A DNA stretch of 64,000 bases from Fimbriiglobus sp. (GTDB lineage Bacteria; Planctomycetota; Planctomycetia; Gemmatales; Gemmataceae): contig JAYTUC010000027.1 of the NCBI GenBank assembly GCA_043744775.1, positions 11,940 to 75,939 of the forward strand, written 5' to 3'. Made by a program: the position numbers and the translations under genes. Positions 36,453 to 46,496 of the stretch are shown in pieces (position 1 is the first letter of the stretch; every line of letters begins with the position of its first letter). A model generated the notes under the pieces. The model was given only the letters and a program-made list of their open reading frames with translations, was not told where the DNA came from and made no database searches.

Positions 36453-39400
36453 TCACCTCTCAAGGGGTCGGTCGTCGGGCGAGGCCGGGGGCTGCCACCC
36501 CGGCTGGAGTTTGCGGATGCGCGCGGCCATGTCGGTCCAGGACTTGACCGGCTTGACGACCCAGTCGTCCGCGCCGTTCGCCTTCGCCTTCTCCGGCTCG
36601 TCGTGCACACTTACGATGATGACCGGGATGTCGTGGGTGCCGGGGTCCTCCTTCAACGCGACCAGGATCGCCCAGCCGTTGAGCGAGTCGCGCAGCACGA
36701 TGTCGAGCAGGATCGCGCAGGGGCGGTAGTCCTTCACCGACTGGATCGCGGTCGTGTCCGAACTCGCCACGCGCACCTCGAAGCCGCGCTCGGTCAGCAT
36801 CGCCTCGGCGAGTTCGCGGTTGCTCGGCTCGTCGTCCACGACCAGGACGCGGCGGTTCACGGCCGCCGGCGTCACCGGCACGGGCACCGGGGCCGGCGGG
36901 GCGGTCGCCGGCTTGCCCGGCTCGTGGGCGTCGGCGAGCCGCGCGGCGAAGCTCGCCGTGAACGTGGACCCCAGGCCGAGGCCGCCGCTCTCGACGGTGA
37001 CGCGGCCGCCCATCTTCTCGCACAGCCCCTTGCAGATGACCAGGCCCAGCCCAGTACCCTCGCGGTTCAGCTCGCGGTCCTTGATCTTGCCGAACGGCTT
37101 GGGGTCGCGCACCTTCACCAGCTCGTCCTCCGTCATGCCGCGGCCCTGGTCGCGCACGGCGATGTGCACGAGGTCGCCGCCGGGGCCGGCCTCGCGGCGG
37201 CACTCGACGCGGATGGGGCCGTCCTTGGTGAACTTCGAGGCGTTGCCGATCAGGTTGTACAGCACCTGCTTGAGCCGCACGTCGTCCTGGAAGACCGTGC
37301 CGATCTCGGCGGGGCACTCGACCTCGAGGCAGTTCTTGCCCTCCTCGACCTTGGCGCGCATCTCGTTGGCGACCTTGCCGACGAACTCGGGCAGGTCGAA
37401 CTCGCGCGGGTTCAGGTCGAGCTTGCCCTCCATGATCTTCATCGAGTCGAGGATGTCGTTGACGAGTGCCGTGAGGTAGTTCATCGACTCGTAGATGCGC
37501 CGCACGCGCCGCTCGACCTCGGGGGCCGGCTTGCCGCGCAAGAGCATCTGCGTGTCGCCGCTAATGACGGTCAGCGGGGCGCGCAGCTCGTGGCTGACGT
37601 TGGCCATGAACATGTCCTTGGCGCTGTTGGCCAGTTGCAACTCCTTGTTGGTGCGGTCCTGGGCGAGGTTGGCGACGTTGAGCTTCTCGACGCTCTCGGA
37701 GAGCTGCCGCGTCTTGTGCTGCACGCGGCGCTCCAGCTCCTGCTGCCGCGCGAGTTCGCCGGTGATGTCGCGGACGATGCCGGTGTAGTGGGCCTGGCCG
37801 CCCAGTTCCAGCGGCGTGAAGGTCGCCCCGGCGGGGAAGGTCGTCCCGGCCGGGCGGCGGGCGGTCAGCAGGATGCGCGGCACGGTCCAGAAGTTCGCGC
37901 CGCCCAACGCGCTGTGCATGTCCGAGAACGAGGTGCCGGGGTCGGGCCGCGCGCCGTCGTGCTCGCCGGGCCTCACGAGGTAGCTGTGCAGGTTGGTGCC
38001 GATCACCTGGGCGGCCGGGCCGAGGCCGAAGAGCTTCGAGAACTTGACGTTGGCCTGGGTGATGTACCCCAGCGCGTCGATGACCACCACGCCGTCGGGG
38101 GCGTTGTTGAGGATGAACTCGAACTGGGCGGTGCGCTGCCGCAGGTGCGTGCTGAGGTTGCCCATCTCCCGGACCATCGTGCGGAAGGCGTCCGCGAGGG
38201 TGACGACCTCCTGCGGCCCCTTCGACGGCAACTCGTCGAGCGCCAAGAATGTCGAGGTGCCGTGCGGCCCGAAGGCGTCGGAGTCGGCCCCCGCGTCGCC
38301 GGCGGTGTGCTTGACGCGCTCGGCGAGCGACCAGGCGGCGTGCTTGATCTGCCGCAGCGGCCGCGTCACGTACCACGCCATGAGTAGCGCCACCGACCCC
38401 CCGCCGACGATGCTCAGCAGCACCACCATGACCAGGTGCGGGAAGGTCTCGATCCAGACGTCCTGCTTGATCTCCGCGACCGACGCCGTGACCACCAGCC
38501 GCGGGGCGGTGCCGTCGGGCTGCTCGCCCTCGAGGCCGGTCTGGAGGAGGGTGTACGAGCCGATGGCGTCGCGGTTGCTCACCGCCGGCCGCCAGCCGCT
38601 CTTGGCGTAGCCGAGTTGCGGCAGGTAGGTGGCGTAGTCGATCCGGTCCTTCGGCAGCCAGTCCTCGCCGAGGAGCCGGCCCGCCTCGGCCTGGGCCAGC
38701 CGCAACTCCTCCCGGTCAGAGTGCGACATCGCGAGGAGCATTTCGCCGTGAAGGTCGTCCGGCTCGGGGTCGAGGTCGTAGTAGCTCAGGCCGCGCCCCC
38801 CCCGCTCGCGCAGCGCCTCGTTGAACGCCTTGCACTTCGACTGCGCCTCCGCCAACTCCACCCGCGGCGGGACGCGGACCACCCGCTTCGTGGTGTAGAC
38901 GCGCTCGGGATCGACCGGCCCGCCGTCCGGGAGGTCGGAGGTGCGGAAGGTGTCCTTGCTGCTCTTGCGGGTGTCGGCCGGCGAGAGGTTCGTCACCGCG
39001 CCGGAGCAGAACACCCGGAGTTGACTGTCGCCCTTCAGGAAGTAGGGCTGCTCGGCCGGCGCGTTCTTGTCGAGGCGGCCCCCCGCGGACAGCGAGGGCC
39101 AGCGGAACTCCGTCTCGGGCGACCACTTCGCGAACGGCCTGGCCTCGGAGTCGAGGTGCGGGACGGCGACCGTGCCCGACGGGTGGTACAGGAACTCCGC
39201 CGGCGTCTTGGCGGGGTCGATCAGGTAGTACAGCACGCGCGGGGAGAGCCGCCACAGGTCGTCGAGGTAGTGCGTCACGTTGACCGCCGCCACCAGCGCC
39301 GGGCCGTCGGCCCGCTCCGCGAGCGGGCAGCTCAGGTAGACGCGGCACGTCCCCGTCTTGGCCGGCGCGAAGACGCGATTGGGGTCCGGTGCGTCGAGGG

Positions 39401-39878
39401 AGAAGGGGCTGCACTCGGCGACGGGGTGCCGCGGCCCGGCGGGACGCTTGGCGAGTTGCTCCTGCCAGGTCGCGAACGACGCCGCGACCCCCGCCGGCGG
39501 GCGGGTCGAGAGGAACACCGTCACGATCTCGGCGTTGCGGACTTCGGTGCCCGTCGCCAGTTGCCGCTTCGTGGGCGGGCTCCACGCCGTCACCAGATCC
39601 TTGCCGACCTTCTCGTCGAGGACCGTGACGTCCGGCTTGAGGGCGTTCGCCGCCGCCCGCAGCTTGATCGCGAACCCGAGGACTTGGTCCCGGAATTCGC
39701 GCGACCGGAGGTTCGTCTCGTCCTTCAAATCGACGATCTCGTGGTCGAGCAATGCCTTCTCGCCGCTACGCCAGACCAGCCGGCCAGTCAGGACGGTCGT
39801 GACCGCCAGGATGACCACGGCCAGCAGCGCGTTCTGGACGTTGAGCGGCCAGCGCAGCGGGCGCAGGAGGGCATTCAT
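36453..39878 (-). CDS. Hybrid sensor histidine kinase (large extracytoplasmic sensor, HAMP, PAS, HisKA, HATPase, REC)
   Basis: Start ATG 39878 ('MNALLRPLRW'). Two TMs flank a sensor region of about 490 aa. 'FEFILNNAPDGVVVID' (PAS). 'SHELRAPLT' (H-box). 'NLIGNASKFT', 'DQGRGM', 'GTGLGLVICKGL'. REC 'RVLVVDDEPSNRE...ILLDIVL'. The upstream ORF extension to 40058 covers a palindrome. Confidence 0.85.
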   Translation of the reverse strand: MNALLRPLRWPLNVQNALLAVVILAVTTVLTGRLVWRSGEKALLDHEIVDLKDETNLRSREFRDQVLGFAIKLRAAANALKPDVTVLDEKVGKDLVTAWSPPTKRQLATGTEVRNAEIVTVFLSTRPPAGVAASFATWQEQLAKRPAGPRHPVAECSPFSLDAPDPNRVFAPAKTGTCRVYLSCPLAERADGPALVAAVNVTHYLDDLWRLSPRVLYYLIDPAKTPAEFLYHPSGTVAVPHLDSEARPFAKWSPETEFRWPSLSAGGRLDKNAPAEQPYFLKGDSQLRVFCSGAVTNLSPADTRKSSKDTFRTSDLPDGGPVDPERVYTTKRVVRVPPRVELAEAQSKCKAFNEALRERGGRGLSYYDLDPEPDDLHGEMLLAMSHSDREELRLAQAEAGRLLGEDWLPKDRIDYATYLPQLGYAKSGWRPAVSNRDAIGSYTLLQTGLEGEQPDGTAPRLVVTASVAEIKQDVWIETFPHLVMVVLLSIVGGGSVALLMAWYVTRPLRQIKHAAWSLAERVKHTAGDAGADSDAFGPHGTSTFLALDELPSKGPQEVVTLADAFRTMVREMGNLSTHLRQRTAQFEFILNNAPDGVVVIDALGYITQANVKFSKLFGLGPAAQVIGTNLHSYLVRPGEHDGARPDPGTSFSDMHSALGGANFWTVPRILLTARRPAGTTFPAGATFTPLELGGQAHYTGIVRDITGELARQQELERRVQHKTRQLSESVEKLNVANLAQDRTNKELQLANSAKDMFMANVSHELRAPLTVISGDTQMLLRGKPAPEVERRVRRIYESMNYLTALVNDILDSMKIMEGKLDLNPREFDLPEFVGKVANEMRAKVEEGKNCLEVECPAEIGTVFQDDVRLKQVLYNLIGNASKFTKDGPIRVECRREAGPGGDLVHIAVRDQGRGMTEDELVKVRDPKPFGKIKDRELNREGTGLGLVICKGLCEKMGGRVTVESGGLGLGSTFTASFAARLADAHEPGKPATAPPAPVPVPVTPAAVNRRVLVVDDEPSNRELAEAMLTERGFEVRVASSDTTAIQSVKDYRPCAILLDIVLRDSLNGWAILVALKEDPGTHDIPVIIVSVHDEPEKAKANGADDWVVKPVKSWTDMAARIRKLQPGWQPPASPDDRPLER

Positions 39879-39984
39879 GGGGCCGCCGTCTGGGGTAGTC
39901 GGGGTGAGTCTGTGAGTGGCGTTAGTGTGCGGAGTCGCCCACGCCCGGTCAAGCGAATTGTCGTCGTGCAACCGTCGAAGTGGC

Positions 39985-40056
39985 GGCGAGCCGGAAGCGT
40001 CAGCGCCCGGAGTCTTCGCGTGGACGGACTCCGGGCGCTGACTCTTCCGGCTCGCC
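39985..40056. repeat. 30-bp inverted repeat of the GGCGAGCC...GGCTCGCC family (1 mismatch, 12-nt loop)
   Basis: GGCGAGCCGGAAGCGTCAGCGCCCGGAGTC (39985-40014) pairs with GACTCCGGGCGCTGACTCTTCCGGCTCGCC (40027-40056). Sits between the OM-protein stop and the kinase start. Confidence 0.85.
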
Positions 40057-40059
40057 AAG

Positions 40060-41949
40060 TTAGAACGTCACCACCACCTCGACGAAGCCGGCGACGAGCG
40101 ACGGGGCCTTCGTGTCCTTCGAGTTGTAAAGCTGCCGGAAGCCGTCGCCGGGGATCAGCCCCGACACGCCGCCCAACAAGATGATGTTGTTGTTCAGCCG
40201 CGGCCGCCACTCCACACCCGTGCTCAGGTCGGTGCCGATGTAGCGGTCGAGCTGGCTCTGGAAGGTGAACGTCTCCAGCGACGCCGTCTTGTCGAAGAAC
40301 AGCGCGTTGACGTTGTTGATCGAGCGCAGCCGCGGCGTCACCTCCACGTCGGCCCCGAAGCCGACGAGCCACAGGCCGGGGTTGACGAAGTTGCTCTGGC
40401 CCTGCACCCGGCTCGACCGCAGGTTGGCGTACTGGCTCTGGTCGTTGGTCAGGCCGACGCCGAACAGCGGGATGCGCTGGCGACGCCAGAAGGCGAACTC
40501 GCCGCCGAAGTTGGTCTGGTCGATGATGCCGTCGAAGCCGGTGGCCCGCGAGTTGTTGGTGTTGCCGTCGCCGGACTGGTACAGCCCGCTCGCCTTGAAG
40601 CGCACCCAGTCGCGGTCGTAGGACAGCTCGAGCGCGGCCATCTGCGCGGAGATGGTCTGCTCGCTGCCGGCCAGCGGGTTCAGGCTGTCCTTGCCGAGCA
40701 CCCAGTACGCGGCGTGCGAGACGTTGTAGCGGCCGATGTGACCGTCGCCGGCCAGGCCCAGGTAGACCGCCTGCACGCGGTGCTCCTGGAACACCCCCAC
40801 CGGGTCCGGCCGCACCAAAAATCCGTTGCGGTCGAAGCGCGTCCGCGAGGCGTCGTCGTTGTAGTGGACGCTCGCCGAGGCGGTGTAGCCGGGGACGAGG
40901 AAGTCTTGCCGGTAGACGTTGGCGATCACGATATTCTGGTTGCGGTCCTCGAATGTGTTGAGCTGGCTGTTGGTGTCTTTTTCGAGCTGGCGGAAGTAGG
41001 CGAGGTTGAACTGCGTGCGGTTGCCGCCGAGGTTGCCGAAGAGCCGCACGCCGCGGTTCACGTCGCTGAAAATGAAGCCCCGGAAGTCGCTGGTGAACGG
41101 CTGGCTGCCGGCCCGCACCGAGACGAAGTCGTACTGCGAACTCAGGTCGGCCAGCTTGTACTCAGCGAACCACTCCTGGAGCGTCGTCCACGTCTGCGTC
41201 CGGGTCGTGCCCTCGCGCACGTCGGGGCTGACCACCGCGAGTTCCTGGGCCGCCAGGCTGTTCAGGTTGAACGCCGGGGTCAGCTTCACGCGCCAGTCCG
41301 GCGGCTTGAACGAGGCGTCGCCGCGGGTGATGTCGGCCGACACCGTGAGCAACTGCTGCGTGGCGAACTGGCCGTTGCGGCCGAAGAAGTCCGCCGAGTT
41401 CGGCCGCGCCGTGCTCTCGAACGGCGTCGTCGCTGTCGGGATCGCCCGGCCTTCCATCAGCGAACTCAGGCTGCCCGAGAGGTTGAGGAAGATGTCCTGT
41501 CCGTAGATCGGGAAGTCGCCCTTGAGGACGTTCTGGTTGAACTGGTCGGCGACGCGGCCGGGCCGGTACGGGTAGTCGAAGACGCGCGGGTGCCCCAGGC
41601 CGTAGCGGTCCCAGCCGGGGTAGCCGAGTCGCCAGCGGTCTTCGATCGTGTCGTACTCGACGTTGTTCCCGCTGCGGGGCAAGATGCCACTCGGCCCGGT
41701 GTAGCCCGGCGGCGGCGGGTAGCGGTACTCGACCGGCTCCACAGCAACCGCCGGCAGCTTGACCGGAGCGACCGGCGGCGGCTCCAACTCGCGGTCGAGC
41801 GGGCGCGTCATCGGGGCCTGCGTCACGACCAGGCTGGCCCGCGTCAGGACGGAGTTGCGCAGCAGCGGCGCGGGGTCGGCGGCCGCAGCAGGGCTTCCCC
41901 CGAGTGCCAGCGCGAGTCCCAGGAGGCGGATGCGTCCGACGCCGGCCAT
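40060..41949 (-). CDS. Putative outer-membrane beta-barrel protein (porin/alginate-export-like)
   Basis: Start ATG 41949 with signal peptide 'MAGVGRIRLLGLALALGGSPAAAA'. Aromatic/Gly/Asn-rich alternating pattern. C-terminal '...GFVEVVVTF' ends in Phe. Confidence 0.55.
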   Translation of the reverse strand: MAGVGRIRLLGLALALGGSPAAAADPAPLLRNSVLTRASLVVTQAPMTRPLDRELEPPPVAPVKLPAVAVEPVEYRYPPPPGYTGPSGILPRSGNNVEYDTIEDRWRLGYPGWDRYGLGHPRVFDYPYRPGRVADQFNQNVLKGDFPIYGQDIFLNLSGSLSSLMEGRAIPTATTPFESTARPNSADFFGRNGQFATQQLLTVSADITRGDASFKPPDWRVKLTPAFNLNSLAAQELAVVSPDVREGTTRTQTWTTLQEWFAEYKLADLSSQYDFVSVRAGSQPFTSDFRGFIFSDVNRGVRLFGNLGGNRTQFNLAYFRQLEKDTNSQLNTFEDRNQNIVIANVYRQDFLVPGYTASASVHYNDDASRTRFDRNGFLVRPDPVGVFQEHRVQAVYLGLAGDGHIGRYNVSHAAYWVLGKDSLNPLAGSEQTISAQMAALELSYDRDWVRFKASGLYQSGDGNTNNSRATGFDGIIDQTNFGGEFAFWRRQRIPLFGVGLTNDQSQYANLRSSRVQGQSNFVNPGLWLVGFGADVEVTPRLRSINNVNALFFDKTASLETFTFQSQLDRYIGTDLSTGVEWRPRLNNNIILLGGVSGLIPGDGFRQLYNSKDTKAPSLVAGFVEVVVTF

Positions 41950-42120
41950 AACCGCCCCCTCCGTGCGTGACACTACCCCCGCGACAGGTATCGGACGGAC
42001 CGGCGGTCGGACTGTAGCGGTTGGGCAATCTCTGCCGATTATTCCAGAATCGCGTCGAGAGTTGGGCCACCGCGTCCCGATAAGACTCACGTCCCGCGCC
42101 GCCACCTCGGAGTCTCCGCC

Positions 42121-44469
42121 ATGCCCGGCCGCCCCACCCCGAGCCGCGGGCCGTTGCACTGCGAGCGGCTCGAAGCCCGCGACGTGCCGGCCTCGACGGC
42201 GACCCTCGCCGGCGGCGTGCTGACCGTGACCGGGACCGCCGGGGCCGACCGCCTCCACATCACCGAAGTCGCCGGCACGATCGCCGTCGATGATGGCAGC
42301 ACCCACGTCGGCGACTTCGCGGCGGCCGCCGTGACCGCGCTCGTCGTGGACGCCGGCGCGGGCAACGACGCGGTGACCGTCGGCCCGACCGTGGCCGCGC
42401 CCGCCACCCTGCGTGGCGGCGACGGTAACGACCGGCTCTCCGCCGGCGGCGGCCCGGCGACGCTCGACGGCGGCCCCGGCGACGACCTGTTGCGGGGCGG
42501 CCTGGCCTCGACGGCGTTCGTCGGCGGCCCCGGCCGCAACGAGTTCGTCCGCGTCCGCCCGACCGACATCGCCGTCCCCGGCCCGCAGGACCGGCTGTTG
42601 CTCGACACGCCCGACCCGGCCACCGGCCCCGCCCCGACGCTCTCGGCGGACGACGTGACGGCCCTGCTCCGCCGCGCCGCCGCGGCGTCCGCCAGCTCCG
42701 ACGGCATCTTTGTCGTGGTGGACCGCGGCGGACGTATTCTGGGCGTGCGCGTGGAGTCGGGCGTCGCCACGGAACTCACGTCGGACCCGGCGCTCTTGGC
42801 CTTCGCCGTCGATGGGGCAGTGTCGCTAGCCCGCACGGGGGCGTACTTCGCCAACGACCAGGCCCCGCTCACGTCGCGCACCATCCGTAGCTTGAGCCAA
42901 TCGACGATCACCGAGCGCGAGGTCAACTCGAACCCGAACGTCACCGACCCCAACTCGACCGTGCGCGGCCCCGGCTTCGTGGCCCCCGTGGGGATCGCCG
43001 GGCACTTCCCGCCGGGCATCGCCAACACCCCGCAGGTCGATTTGTTCCAGATCGAGCACACCAACCGCGACGCCACCTTCGCCCCCGGCCCCGACGGCGT
43101 CCGCGGCACGGCCGACGACGTGGCGCTCGCCCGGCGCTTCAACGCCGACCCCGCCTTCGTGACCCCCGGCCAGGAACTAGTCCCGCCCGACGGCTACGGC
43201 GCGACCTCCGGCACCGGCGGCGTCACGGCCAACGGCCGGCCGGTGTCGCAGGGCCGCGGCATCGCGACGCTGCCCGGCGGCGTGCCGATCTTCAAGGGCG
43301 GCCAGCTCGTCGGCGGCCTCGGCGTGTTCTTCCCCGGCAAGACCGGCTACGCCACCGAGGAGAACTCGCCGCTCGGCACCACCTACGACCCGTCGAAGCC
43401 CGACCGCACGCTCGAGGCCGAGTGGGTCGCCTTCGCCGCCGCGGGCGGCACGCAGAGCGCCATCGGCGGCGTGCCGACGACGCCCATCGGCGACCTCGGC
43501 GGCGTGCCGCTGCCGGCGGGAATCGGCTCGCCGGCCGGCCGCATCGACCTCGTCGGCATCACGCTCGACGTGTTCGGCCCCGGCGGCACCGACCGCGGCC
43601 GCGACGCGCTCATCGCCGAGAGTCGGGCCGTCGGCCGCGGCTCGCCGGACGACGGCACCAACCTCCGCGTCACGCCCACGAACATCACGATCCTCGCCGG
43701 CCTCGCGGTGCCCGACGGCTGGCTGGTCCGGCCGCACTCCGGCGACGGCGTCACGCAAGCCGAAGTCGAGCGCATCATCGCGCGGGGCCTCGAGCAGGCG
43801 GCCAAGACGCGCGCGGCGATTCGCTTGCCGCTGGGCAGCCGGGCGAAGTTCGTCTACGCCGTGGCCGACCGCCGCGGCAACGTCGTCGGACTGTACCGCG
43901 AGCCGGACGCGACGGTCTTCTCGATCGACGTGGCGGTCGCGAAGGCCCGCAACGTCGCCTACTACGCCGACGCCGCGGCCCTCCAACCGATCGACCGCGT
44001 CGCCGGGGTCCCGGCCGGCACGGCGCTCACCAACCGGACCTTCCGCTACCTGGGGCTGCCGCGCTTCCCCGAGAGCGTGGAGGGGTCGTCGCCCGGCCCG
44101 TTCTCGCAGCTCAACGACGGCGGCGTCGATCCTGGCACCGGCCGGCAGGTCGGCCCGCCGTTGCCGGCGTCGGCGTACCAGAGCGTCGTCGGCTACGACG
44201 CCTTCCACCCCAGCACCAACTTCCGCGACCCGGCCGACCAACTCAACCAGGACGGCATCGTCTTCTTCCCCGGCAGCGCCCCGCTCTACCGCGGCGCGCT
44301 GCTCGTCGGCGGCTTCGGCGTCAGCGGCGACGGGGTCGATCAGGACGACGTGACCACGATCGGCGGCCAGTCCGGCTTCGAGCCGGCCGGGGTGCTGAAG
44401 GCCGACGAGGTGTTCGTCGGCGGCGTGCGGCTGCCGTACCAGAAGTTCAACCGCAACCCCGAAGGCTGA
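42121..44469 (+). CDS. Secreted protein with RTX-like Gly/Asp repeats and two GlcG/HbpS-like (DUF336) domains
   Basis: N-terminal 'CERLEARDVPAS' planctomycete-type motif. 'GGDGNDRLSAGGGPATLDGGPGDDLL'. DUF336-like 'IFVVVDRGGRILGVRVE' and 'AVADRRGNVVGLYREPDATVFSIDVAVAKARNVAYY...GGFGVSGDGVDQDD'. Confidence 0.6.
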   Translation: MPGRPTPSRGPLHCERLEARDVPASTATLAGGVLTVTGTAGADRLHITEVAGTIAVDDGSTHVGDFAAAAVTALVVDAGAGNDAVTVGPTVAAPATLRGGDGNDRLSAGGGPATLDGGPGDDLLRGGLASTAFVGGPGRNEFVRVRPTDIAVPGPQDRLLLDTPDPATGPAPTLSADDVTALLRRAAAASASSDGIFVVVDRGGRILGVRVESGVATELTSDPALLAFAVDGAVSLARTGAYFANDQAPLTSRTIRSLSQSTITEREVNSNPNVTDPNSTVRGPGFVAPVGIAGHFPPGIANTPQVDLFQIEHTNRDATFAPGPDGVRGTADDVALARRFNADPAFVTPGQELVPPDGYGATSGTGGVTANGRPVSQGRGIATLPGGVPIFKGGQLVGGLGVFFPGKTGYATEENSPLGTTYDPSKPDRTLEAEWVAFAAAGGTQSAIGGVPTTPIGDLGGVPLPAGIGSPAGRIDLVGITLDVFGPGGTDRGRDALIAESRAVGRGSPDDGTNLRVTPTNITILAGLAVPDGWLVRPHSGDGVTQAEVERIIARGLEQAAKTRAAIRLPLGSRAKFVYAVADRRGNVVGLYREPDATVFSIDVAVAKARNVAYYADAAALQPIDRVAGVPAGTALTNRTFRYLGLPRFPESVEGSSPGPFSQLNDGGVDPGTGRQVGPPLPASAYQSVVGYDAFHPSTNFRDPADQLNQDGIVFFPGSAPLYRGALLVGGFGVSGDGVDQDDVTTIGGQSGFEPAGVLKADEVFVGGVRLPYQKFNRNPEG

Positions 44470-44865
44470 GTGCCCACGATGTGTCACCGACTCCGTCTCG
44501 CCCTGATCGCCGTGGCCGTGATTGCCGGCCGGGCCGACGCCCAGCGCTACGCCGAGCGGACGCCGCCGCCCCGCGCCCCGGCCGTCGCCCCCGCGTGGCC
44601 GGCCGACGGCCTCCCGCCGCTGGCCCGCTACGTCCGCCCCTCGACGATTCCGCGCTTGGGCGTCGGCAACATCAACGGCACCTTCGGCTACGACTACGTC
44701 AACCGCCGCCCCGGCCGCGTCTTCCTGACGCCGAGTGCCGACCCGTCGCGCGGCCCGTCGATCGCGCGGGCCTACCGCACCGACCCCGTCGTGACCTACG
44801 ACCCGATCGCGCTGCGCCCGGTGCGTAAGGCAGTCCTCGAAGCGAAGGCGAGCCAGGAGCGTTAG
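44470..44865 (+). CDS. Small secreted hypothetical protein
   Basis: Signal peptide 'MCHRLRLALIAVAVIAGRADA'. Directly abuts the upstream stop. Its last codons lie inside a palindromic repeat arm. Confidence 0.5.
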   Translation: MPTMCHRLRLALIAVAVIAGRADAQRYAERTPPPRAPAVAPAWPADGLPPLARYVRPSTIPRLGVGNINGTFGYDYVNRRPGRVFLTPSADPSRGPSIARAYRTDPVVTYDPIALRPVRKAVLEAKASQER

Positions 44866-44912
44866 CGACTGGAGATCGAGACAGCTCCAGTCGCTGACGC
44901 TTCTGGCTCGCC
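44847..44912. repeat. 28-bp inverted repeat of the GGCGAGCC...GGCTCGCC family (2 mismatches)
   Basis: GGCGAGCCAGGAGCGTTAGCGACTGGAG (44847-44874) pairs with CTCCAGTCGCTGACGCTTCTGGCTCGCC (44885-44912). Lies between convergent genes. Confidence 0.8.
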
Positions 44913-44922
44913 GGTCGTCGGG

Positions 44923-45345
44923 TTATCTCGTCGTGACGACCAACTCCTTGTAGCCGAACGTGTCATCGACCTGGCGGTCGAACTGCACCTTGGTCAACTC
45001 GACGACCACGACCTCGGCCGTCGTGTAAATCAGACACCCGTCGAGCAGGTGCCCGCCGGACATCGCCCCCAGCTCGTCGGCGACGCCGAGGTGGAAGTGC
45101 CCGCCGACCTCGCCGAAGGTGCCGACGAGCGAGACGATCTCGAAGTGCCCGCGACGCGTCACGCCGTCGGGCCGGTTGGCGTAGCGGAGGCAGACATCGG
45201 TGAGGCTGCCGACGCAGGTGACAATCGCCGCGGCCCTGAGGTGGTGGCGCGCGGCGAAGGCCAGCAACCCTTGCCGCAGGTCCGACCCCGGCGTCAGGCG
45301 GAAGGCGTAGGCCGTCACGCCCGACGGCACAGACTCTGCGCTCAC
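44923..45345 (-). CDS. PPC (DUF296) domain protein
   Basis: 'AYAFRLTPGSDLRQGLLAFA...AAAIVTCVGSL...FEIVSLVGT...HFHLGVAD..G...GGHL' pattern is typical of PPC/DUF296. Size 140 aa. Confidence 0.7.
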   Translation of the reverse strand: MSAESVPSGVTAYAFRLTPGSDLRQGLLAFAARHHLRAAAIVTCVGSLTDVCLRYANRPDGVTRRGHFEIVSLVGTFGEVGGHFHLGVADELGAMSGGHLLDGCLIYTTAEVVVVELTKVQFDRQVDDTFGYKELVVTTR

Positions 45346-45348
45346 GAG

Positions 45349-46368
45349 CTACTCCGGGGAGATCGTCTCGCCGCGGGCGGGGGTCTCGCCGGCCGACCAG
45401 GCGGGGTCGCTCACGCTGCTGCTGATGTAGCGCACCGAGCCGTCGGCGAACGCGGCCTGGATGCCGCCGGCCGTGACGCCCTGCGACTTCAGGCAGTGGG
45501 CGTTGTCCGCCGGCGGGGCGAACTCCGGCCGCAACATGCAGCGGCACATCCACGGGTCGGTCCCGGTCCACGAGGTCGGGACGGTGCCGCCCTTGTTGAC
45601 GAACCCCGTCCGCGGCCAGTAGCCGTTGACGTACAGCGACGTGGGGGCCATGCCGTTGGCCCACTGCGCGTCGCCGGGGTACTGGTTGCCGGTCAGCGCC
45701 GGCGTGAAGTCGCCGGGGATGGTGCGCGGATCGACGCCGTAGCCCCACAGGGTCGCCCCGAAGCGCGGGTTGCCCGTCGGCCGCTGCACCACGGCGTACT
45801 TCTCGTTGAAGACGATCGTGTTCGACAGGCCGTCCTGAATCTTCGTGAGCCGCGCCCCCTGGTCGCCGAAGACCTGCCAGTTCGCGCCGTAGCTGCTCAG
45901 GCCCCACTGGGTGTTAGCGGAGTTCGCCCAGGCGGGGTACGGGTTGGCCGTCCCGCTCGCGGCCGCCCAGGCCGGGGCACCGGTCGGCAGGTCGAACAGG
46001 CCGTCGCCGGTCATCGTCTTGTCGGCCGGGTGCTTCAACACTTTCAGGGCCACCGACCGGGCGGCGTCCGGGCCGAGGTCGTAGACGGCGTTCTGTTCGA
46101 GGCCCGGCAGCAGGTGGTAGAAGATCGACCCGGCGACGCCGGCGGCGTTGACCTGGCCGAAGATCGGCGGGGTCGTCTGGCGGGCCGACTCGAAGGTCAT
46201 CGCGGCGAGCGCGACCTGCTTCAAATTATTCTGCGACTGCGACCGCGCGGCCGACTCGCGAATCTTCTGCACGGCGGGCAGTAGCAGGCCGATCAGAATC
46301 GCGATGATGGCAATCACCACCAGCAGCTCGATCAGCGTGAACCCCGGCCGACTCCGACGCTTCGTCAT
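45349..46368 (-). CDS. DUF1559 protein with prepilin-type N-terminal methylation motif
   Basis: '[43 protein letters not shown]' and C-terminal '[10 protein letters not shown]'. Confidence 0.9.
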   Translation of the reverse strand: MTKRRSRPGFTLIELLVVIAIIAILIGLLLPAVQKIRESAARSQSQNNLKQVALAAMTFESARQTTPPIFGQVNAAGVAGSIFYHLLPGLEQNAVYDLGPDAARSVALKVLKHPADKTMTGDGLFDLPTGAPAWAAASGTANPYPAWANSANTQWGLSSYGANWQVFGDQGARLTKIQDGLSNTIVFNEKYAVVQRPTGNPRFGATLWGYGVDPRTIPGDFTPALTGNQYPGDAQWANGMAPTSLYVNGYWPRTGFVNKGGTVPTSWTGTDPWMCRCMLRPEFAPPADNAHCLKSQGVTAGGIQAAFADGSVRYISSSVSDPAWSAGETPARGETISPE

Positions 46369-46496
46369 GGGAAACTCCTGCTCAGTTTGAGGACCCCAGG
46401 CGGCACAGAGCGGGGTGACTCGGGGGTAACAACCCCGTCGTCACAAGCCCAACTCCGGATTCGTGCCCCCTGGCGTCCGGACATCAACACCGACAC

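Noticed and set aside
40060-41949. Idea that the OM beta-barrel is the porin of a porin-cytochrome (Mtr/Pcc-like) conduit for the nearby multihaem cytochromes
   Set aside because: It is separated from the cytochrome genes by 5.7 kb of signalling genes and a strong palindromic hairpin. It is not co-oriented with the cytochrome operon. Adjacency alone is insufficient.
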